Assembly (NCBI GenBank): GCA_003133025.1
Contig: PKZK01000075.1
Location: 1-11,892, forward strand
Direction: 5' to 3'
Origin: Vulcanimicrobiota bacterium
GTDB taxonomy: Bacteria; Vulcanimicrobiota; Vulcanimicrobiia; Vulcanimicrobiales; Vulcanimicrobiaceae
Length of the DNA stretch: 11,892 nucleotides
The position numbers were made by a program, and so were the translations under genes. Of the stretch, positions 6,278 to 11,892 are shown piece by piece; position 1 is the stretch's first letter, and each line of letters opens with the position of its first letter. The notes beneath the pieces were generated by a model. That model saw nothing but the letters and a program-made list of their open reading frames with translations. It was not told the origin of the DNA and ran no database searches.

Positions 6278-7788
6278 GCGCGCTCGACACGCCCGCGGGC
6301 GCACTGCCCGCGACGATGCGCGCGATCCCCGAACCGCTGATTTTCGAGAGCGGCGCGCCCGGCCGGGCCAATCGGTACTTCGAAGCCGCGCCGCCGCTCG
6401 ACCAACTCGTGCCCGCCGGGCACGGCCGCGCGGAACTGCCCCTGCCCGACAATAGCGAACTCGACGTCGTGCGCCACTTCACTCGGCTCTCGCAGCGCAC
6501 GTTCGCGATCGATCTGGGCTTCTATCCGCTCGGCTCGTGTACGATGAAATACAACCCCAAGGTCAACGACGCGATGGCCGCGCTGCCCGGCTTCCGCGAC
6601 CTGCATCCGCTCGCGCCCGACGCCCTGGCTCAAGGCGCGCTCGCGGCGATGTACGACCTCGAACGGATCCTCGCCGAACTCTTCGGCATGGCGGCGTTCT
6701 CGCTCAACCCCTCGGCCGGCGCGCACGCGGAACTGACCGCGCTGCTGATCGCCAAGGCCTACTTTGCGAAGAAGGGCGAAGGCGCCACGCGCCGCACCGT
6801 GATCGTGCCCGATACCGCGCACGGCACCAATCCGGCGTCGGCCGCGATGGTCGGGTTCGACGTGCTCTCGCTCAAGAGCAACGCGCGCGGCCGCGTCGAC
6901 CTCGCCGCGATCCTCGACGCGGTCGGCGACGACACTGCCGTCTGCATGATGACCAACCCCAACACGCTGGGTCTCTTCGAGGATCAAATCGCGGAGATTG
7001 CGGCGGCGGTGCACGCCGCCGGCGGCTTGATGTACTACGACGGGGCTAATGCCAATGCGTTGATGGGCAACGCGCGGCCGGGCGACATGGGCTTCGATCT
7101 CATGCACCTCAACCTGCACAAGACCTTTTCGATTCCGCACGGCGGCGGCGGCGCGGGCCTCGGACCGATCGGCGTCGCGGCGCACCTGGTCGACTTCTTG
7201 CCCACGCCCGTGGTCGCGAAGGCCGGCGAAAACGGCACGACGAGCTTCACGCTGGAATTCGACCGGCCCGATTCGGTCGGCCCGATGCGTTCGTTCTGGT
7301 CGAACTTCGCGCACGTGGTGCGCGCACTTTCGTACGTGCTCTCCAACGGCGGCGAAGGTTTAGCGAAAGTGTCGCAATTGGCCGTGCTCAACGCGAACTA
7401 CGTGCGCGTCAAAGTGCGCGAGTTCTTGGAGACGCCGTACGACGAACTCTGCAGGCACGAGTTCGTGGCCAGCGCCCAGGATCTCAAACGCGAGACGGGC
7501 GTCCGCGCGCTCGATCTGGCCAAAGCGCTGCTCGACCGCGGATACCACGCGCCGACGATCTATTTCCCGCTGCTCGTTCCCGAATGTCTGATGATCGAGC
7601 CTACCGAGACGGAGTCGAAGGAGACGCTGGACGCGTTCATCGCCACGTTCCGCGACGTGGTCGAAACGGCCAGAACCAACCCGCAAGCCGTGCTCGACGC
7701 ACCGGTCGCGACGCCGGTGCGTCGCGTCGACGAGACCCGTGCGGCCCGCGAACCCAACCTGCGCTGGGTTCCGCCCTCTACGCCTTGA
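6274..7788 (+). CDS. gcvPB: Glycine dehydrogenase (decarboxylating) subunit 2
   Basis: Motifs SELDVVRHFTRLS, YPLGSCTMKYNPK, AHGTNPASA, YYDGAN, the PLP-Lys motif HLNLHKTF.IPHGGGG and MIEPTETESKETLD are present. I placed the start at ATG6274 (ATGA overlap with the gcvPA stop) rather than 6184. Confidence 0.96.
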   Translation: MSALDTPAGALPATMRAIPEPLIFESGAPGRANRYFEAAPPLDQLVPAGHGRAELPLPDNSELDVVRHFTRLSQRTFAIDLGFYPLGSCTMKYNPKVNDAMAALPGFRDLHPLAPDALAQGALAAMYDLERILAELFGMAAFSLNPSAGAHAELTALLIAKAYFAKKGEGATRRTVIVPDTAHGTNPASAAMVGFDVLSLKSNARGRVDLAAILDAVGDDTAVCMMTNPNTLGLFEDQIAEIAAAVHAAGGLMYYDGANANALMGNARPGDMGFDLMHLNLHKTFSIPHGGGGAGLGPIGVAAHLVDFLPTPVVAKAGENGTTSFTLEFDRPDSVGPMRSFWSNFAHVVRALSYVLSNGGEGLAKVSQLAVLNANYVRVKVREFLETPYDELCRHEFVASAQDLKRETGVRALDLAKALLDRGYHAPTIYFPLLVPECLMIEPTETESKETLDAFIATFRDVVETARTNPQAVLDAPVATPVRRVDETRAAREPNLRWVPPSTP

Positions 7789-8497
7789 GCGTGCGGCCGA
7801 AGAGCGCGAGCGCTTCCGCCCAGGCCTTCTCCGCGGCTACCGGTTCGTAGGACGGCACGCGGTCGACGGAAGCGAAGCCGTGGCCCGCGCCCGGGTACAC
7901 GAACAACCCGAATTCGACCTTGGCAGCCGAGAGCGTTTCGACGATGCGGGCGTGCTCCTTCGGCGTGATGCCTTCGTCTTCGGCGCCGTACAACAGCAGG
8001 ACGGAGGCCTCGATCTCGCCGCCGCGGCCGATCAAGATCGGCCGGCCGAAGCTCGGCTCGTCGGGCCCGATGCCGCCGCCGTAAAACGAAGCGATCGCCT
8101 TGAACTTCTTGGGCCGTTCGAGCGCACTCAAGAACGTCAGCCGTCCGCCCATGCAGAAGCCGATCGCCCCGTAGCCGTCGTGCGCGACGCTTTCGTGCGC
8201 GTCGAGAAAGGCGAGCGACGCGTCGACGTATTCGAGCAGCTTGGGATCGTTCAGCGAACCGAACTTCGGCGCGAGTTTCTGCCACTCGTCGTAACCGAAC
8301 GTCTCGCCGTCGAAAAGATCGGGTGCAAGCGCCGCGTAGCCGTTGGCGGCCAAGCGGTCCGCTTCACCTTGCACGTAGGCGTTCACACCAAAGGCTTCTT
8401 GGTACACGAGCACCGCCGGATACGGGCCCGCGCCTTCGGGAACGCTGAGGTAGCCGCGCCGTCCGGCGCCGAGGTCGACGAAATTTCCTGATGCCAT
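7778..8497 (-). CDS. Dienelactone hydrolase family protein (alpha/beta hydrolase)
   Basis: Contains VYQEAFG, ALAPDLF, nucleophile elbow GFCMGG, the acid residue in YGAED and the catalytic His in YPGAGHGF. Confidence 0.92.
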   Translation of the reverse strand: MASGNFVDLGAGRRGYLSVPEGAGPYPAVLVYQEAFGVNAYVQGEADRLAANGYAALAPDLFDGETFGYDEWQKLAPKFGSLNDPKLLEYVDASLAFLDAHESVAHDGYGAIGFCMGGRLTFLSALERPKKFKAIASFYGGGIGPDEPSFGRPILIGRGGEIEASVLLLYGAEDEGITPKEHARIVETLSAAKVEFGLFVYPGAGHGFASVDRVPSYEPVAAEKAWAEALALFGRTLKA

Positions 8498-8509
8498 CGC
8501 CGGGCGCGT

Positions 8510-8833
8510 TTACCAGCCCGTGCGTCCGCGAACCTGCATCTTGTACATCGTCGACCAGATGTCCATGTACGCGTCGTGGCGATCGGGATCGACGACCGTG
8601 TTTTTGAAATTCGGATAGGCGATCGAGCCGACGAATTCCGAGAGGCGCTCGGCTACTCGTTCGCGCGGAACGTGTGCGTGGTAGAGATAGTCGGCTTCCT
8701 TGTCGACGATCGCTTTGACCTCGGGAAAGGCGCGTTCGATGTCGCCTTGATGGCGTGCTCTGACGACGAGCAACGCGGGATCGGTCCCGTGCGCGACGAT
8801 CGACAGAAAACTATCCGACATGAAAACCCACAT
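8510..8833 (-). CDS. Conserved-looking hypothetical protein (107 aa)
   Basis: Sequence MWVFMSDSFLSIV...LLVVRAR..GDIERAFP...ADYLY...IAYPNFKNTV.D..RHDAYMDIW has globular composition. It fills the gap between hemY and the DLH gene on the same strand. ATG8833 avoids overlap with hemY. Confidence 0.75.
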   Translation of the reverse strand: MWVFMSDSFLSIVAHGTDPALLVVRARHQGDIERAFPEVKAIVDKEADYLYHAHVPRERVAERLSEFVGSIAYPNFKNTVVDPDRHDAYMDIWSTMYKMQVRGRTGW

Positions 8834-8846
8834 GGCGACTTTACTC

Positions 8847-10241
8847 TCAGCGTTCCGTGGCGACGGTTCCTGTCGCCGCCGGGGTACCGCGGGGCGGCGC
8901 GCCCGCGCCGTTGAGACGCTCGGCCAGAGCCAGCGCGTCGCGAACGTTGTCGCCCAGGCCCAAGCCCCGGAAGGCATTTCCGGCCACCTCCAAGCCCGGC
9001 AAGGATCCCAAGCGCGCCTCGATGCGGCGCACGCGGGCCCGATGGTCGAGGCGGTATTGCGCGATCGCGCGCGGCCAGACGTATTCGTGATAGACGATCG
9101 GCTCGGCGGTGATGCCCAGCGTCGCGCGCAGGTCGGCCCGAACTACTGCGCGGGCGCTTTCGGCGTCGAGTCCGGCCGCCTCCCGATCCAAGGCCCCGCC
9201 GAGAAACACCCGGAGATAGGCCGTGCCGGGCGGTGCCTGCATCGGGAAGATCGTCGAGGTGTACAGCGCGCCGAGGATGCGCACGCCGAAGTTGCGCGCG
9301 ACCAGGAAGCCGAAACCGTCGAGCGGCGCGGGTACGTCGCCGGGCCGGAAGGCCAAGCCCACGACGCGCATCGGCACGTACGGTATCGCGCGCAACTCGG
9401 CATCGAGCGCGGCGTCGAGCGGTCCGAGCAGATCGGCCGCATCGTAGGCCGGAATCGCGAAGACCGCGCGGTCGCACGTGAAGCGTTCGCGCGCACCGTC
9501 CGTTTCGACGTCGAGTTCCCAGCCGTCGCCGCCGGGCCTGACCGCCAGCACGTTGGCGCCGGTGCGCAGGCGCGCACCCAACAGTTCGGCAAGCCGCGCG
9601 ATGGGTCGGGCCATGCCGCTCGCGCCGAAGTTGGTCAGCCGTCCCGGCCGCCGCTTCGAGGCCAGCGCCGCGCGGATCAGCGAGCCGTGCTCGCGCTCCA
9701 TTGCGCGCATCCGTGGAAAGAGCGCGTCCAGGCTCGTCTCGCGCGCGTCGCCGCCGCTGATCCCGAGCAACGCCGGTGAGATCAACCGCTCGGCGAACTC
9801 CGGGCCCAGCCGTCGCGCGGCGAAAGCGTAGACGCTCTCGTCGCGGTCGGGATCGGTCTGCACGTACGGACCCGTGAAAAGTTCGCGTAGCGCGCCAAGC
9901 TTTGCGCCGGGCGAAACGATGCTCATCGAGAGCGCTTGCTGCGGCTTGGCGGGCAGCGCATGGAGTTTGCCGTTCCACCAGATGGAACGTTTTGCGGCGG
10001 CCGGCGAGGCTTCGACGAGTTCCGGCCCCAGCCCGATTTCGTCGATCAGCGCGCTCAGCGCTTCCGCGTTGGAGAGAAAGCCGTTGGGACCCCACTCGAA
10101 GAGATAGCCGTCGAGGTGTTGCGAGTTGATCTTGCCCCCGGGCGCCGGGTCGCGTTCGAAGAGCGTGACGTCGTGCGTCGCGCAGAGCCGGTAGGCGATC
10201 GCGAGGCCGGCGATGCCGCCGCCGACGACGGCGATCTTCAC
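8847..10241 (-). CDS. hemY: FAD-dependent protoporphyrinogen oxidase (HemY/PgoX type; often labelled hemG)
   Basis: Has an N-terminal Rossmann motif KIAVVGGGIAGL, then GGKI, FEWGPNGFL, DESVYAFAARRLG, GFGFLV, WPRAIAQY and GNAFRGLG. The GTG start at 10241 overlaps the hemH stop (GTGA). The longer ORF-track start at 10817 lies inside hemH. Confidence 0.92.
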   Translation of the reverse strand: MKIAVVGGGIAGLAIAYRLCATHDVTLFERDPAPGGKINSQHLDGYLFEWGPNGFLSNAEALSALIDEIGLGPELVEASPAAAKRSIWWNGKLHALPAKPQQALSMSIVSPGAKLGALRELFTGPYVQTDPDRDESVYAFAARRLGPEFAERLISPALLGISGGDARETSLDALFPRMRAMEREHGSLIRAALASKRRPGRLTNFGASGMARPIARLAELLGARLRTGANVLAVRPGGDGWELDVETDGARERFTCDRAVFAIPAYDAADLLGPLDAALDAELRAIPYVPMRVVGLAFRPGDVPAPLDGFGFLVARNFGVRILGALYTSTIFPMQAPPGTAYLRVFLGGALDREAAGLDAESARAVVRADLRATLGITAEPIVYHEYVWPRAIAQYRLDHRARVRRIEARLGSLPGLEVAGNAFRGLGLGDNVRDALALAERLNGAGAPPRGTPAATGTVATER

Positions 10242-11281
10242 GCGACGGTCTCCGCGGACTCCAGACACAAACGTGCCAGCGCGTCGATCCATGCCGGGTC
10301 CTCGTTGAGACACGGCACGTAGACGAAGTTCGAGCCGCCCGCTTCTTTGAACGTGTCGCGGCCGCGCATCGCGATCTCTTCGAGCGTCTCCAAACAGTCG
10401 GCCACGAACGCCGGACAGACGACCATCAGGCTGTACACGCCGCGCTTGGGCAACTCGGCCAACTCGACGTCGGTGAACGGTTCGAGCCAGCCGCCGCCCA
10501 GCCGCGATTGAAATGCGAAACCGTAACTGTTCGGCGCGAGCCCGAGACGCTCGGCGACGCGTTGCGTCGTCTCCAGGATCTGATGCCGGTAGCAGGTGGC
10601 GTGCGCGGCCGACGGCGTTTCGCAACACGTCGACGAGGCCATGCAGTGACTGCGCGTCGGATCGACCTTGGTCAGGTGTCGCTTCGGAATGCCGTGGTAC
10701 GAGAAGAGGATGAACTGATTGTCGACGGTGATCGCTCGCCCGATGCTTCCGGCCAGCGCGTCGAGGTAGCCGGGATCGTCGTAGAAGGGCGGCACGAAGC
10801 GCACCTCGCCGTACCACGGGCGTTCCGAGGAGTCCGAGGCCGCCAGCACTTCGCGCATGGCCACTTCGACCGTCTCGTAACTGGCCATCGCGTAGTGCGG
10901 GTAGAGCGGCACGACGATCAATTCATCGAGCGTCGTACACCGCCGACGCAATTCTTCGAGACCGAACGTCAGCGACGGTTTCCCGTACCGCATCGCGAGG
11001 CCGGTGGGTACGCCCGTTTTGGCCTCCAGGGCCGCGCGTTGCCGTTCGGAGATCACGACCAGCGGCGAGCCTTCGTCGGTCCAGATCTTCGCGTAGGCCT
11101 CGGCCGACTTGGCCGGACGCGTGGGCAGGATCGCGCCCTTGACCAGCGCCGCGCGCGCGAGCCAGGGAAAGTCGAGCACGCGGGGGTCCATCAAGAATTC
11201 GTCGAGGTAGCGGCGCACGTCGGGCACCGAGGTGGAGGCGGGCGAACCGAGGTTGATCAGCAGAACGGCGCGAGAACTCAT
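10238..11281 (-). CDS. hemH: Ferrochelatase
   Basis: Motifs VLLINLGSP, YLDEFLMDPRV, GSPL, AMRYGKP, PLYPHY, FSYHGIP, FQSRLG...WLEP and FVADCLETLEEI are present. Confidence 0.96.
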   Translation of the reverse strand: MSSRAVLLINLGSPASTSVPDVRRYLDEFLMDPRVLDFPWLARAALVKGAILPTRPAKSAEAYAKIWTDEGSPLVVISERQRAALEAKTGVPTGLAMRYGKPSLTFGLEELRRRCTTLDELIVVPLYPHYAMASYETVEVAMREVLAASDSSERPWYGEVRFVPPFYDDPGYLDALAGSIGRAITVDNQFILFSYHGIPKRHLTKVDPTRSHCMASSTCCETPSAAHATCYRHQILETTQRVAERLGLAPNSYGFAFQSRLGGGWLEPFTDVELAELPKRGVYSLMVVCPAFVADCLETLEEIAMRGRDTFKEAGGSNFVYVPCLNEDPAWIDALARLCLESAETVA

Positions 11282-11287
11282 CCCGGT

Positions 11288-11892
<605 letters not shown>

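Noticed and set aside
3357..7314. Long antisense ORFs (3357-4646, 4844-6304 and 5923-7314, - strand) opposite the gcv genes
   Set aside because: These are shadow ORFs expected from high-GC codon bias. They show no recognisable motifs and lie entirely opposite well-conserved genes.
8834..8977. N-terminal extension of the small hypothetical protein (155-aa ORF)
   Set aside because: It overlaps the hemY 3' end, and protein-like sequence begins at MWVF (8833).
8653..10095. 480-aa alternative-frame ORF within hemY, and + strand ORF 8820-9779
   Set aside because: The first is an Arg/Ala/Gly-rich off-frame translation and the second is an antisense shadow. hemY explains the region.
10242..10817. 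Apparent 192-aa N-terminal extension of HemY (656-aa ORF), suggesting a fusion or frameshift with HemH
   Set aside because: The extension is an Arg-rich off-frame reading of hemH. HemH is intact with its own stop, and HemY homology begins at GTG10241 with a standard GTGA overlap.

Overview
This is a GC-rich, densely coding bacterial chromosomal window with two convergent gene blocks. The + strand carries an apparent operon: S-adenosylmethionine decarboxylase (speH/speD, class 1B), a ~490 aa Pro/Thr-rich lipoprotein of unknown function, a polyamine aminopropyltransferase (speE, GGGEG type), a PaaI-type hotdog thioesterase, and the glycine cleavage genes gcvT-gcvH-gcvPA-gcvPB. The - strand carries late heme biosynthesis genes, hemF (5'-truncated by the window edge), hemH and hemY, followed by a small hypothetical protein and a dienelactone hydrolase-family gene whose 3' end overlaps gcvPB. 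I saw no RNA genes, CRISPR arrays or mobile elements. Most of the window is housekeeping. The best leads are the unknown lipoprotein splitting the speD/speE pair, a SpeE that looks like the agmatine/thermospermine-type subfamily, an inefficient-looking speD start (UUG with a distant SD), a thioesterase translationally coupled to both speE and gcvT, and a ferrochelatase with an internal CX5CCX9C putative [2Fe-2S] insertion. Family assignments come from motif recognition and memory, not database searches.
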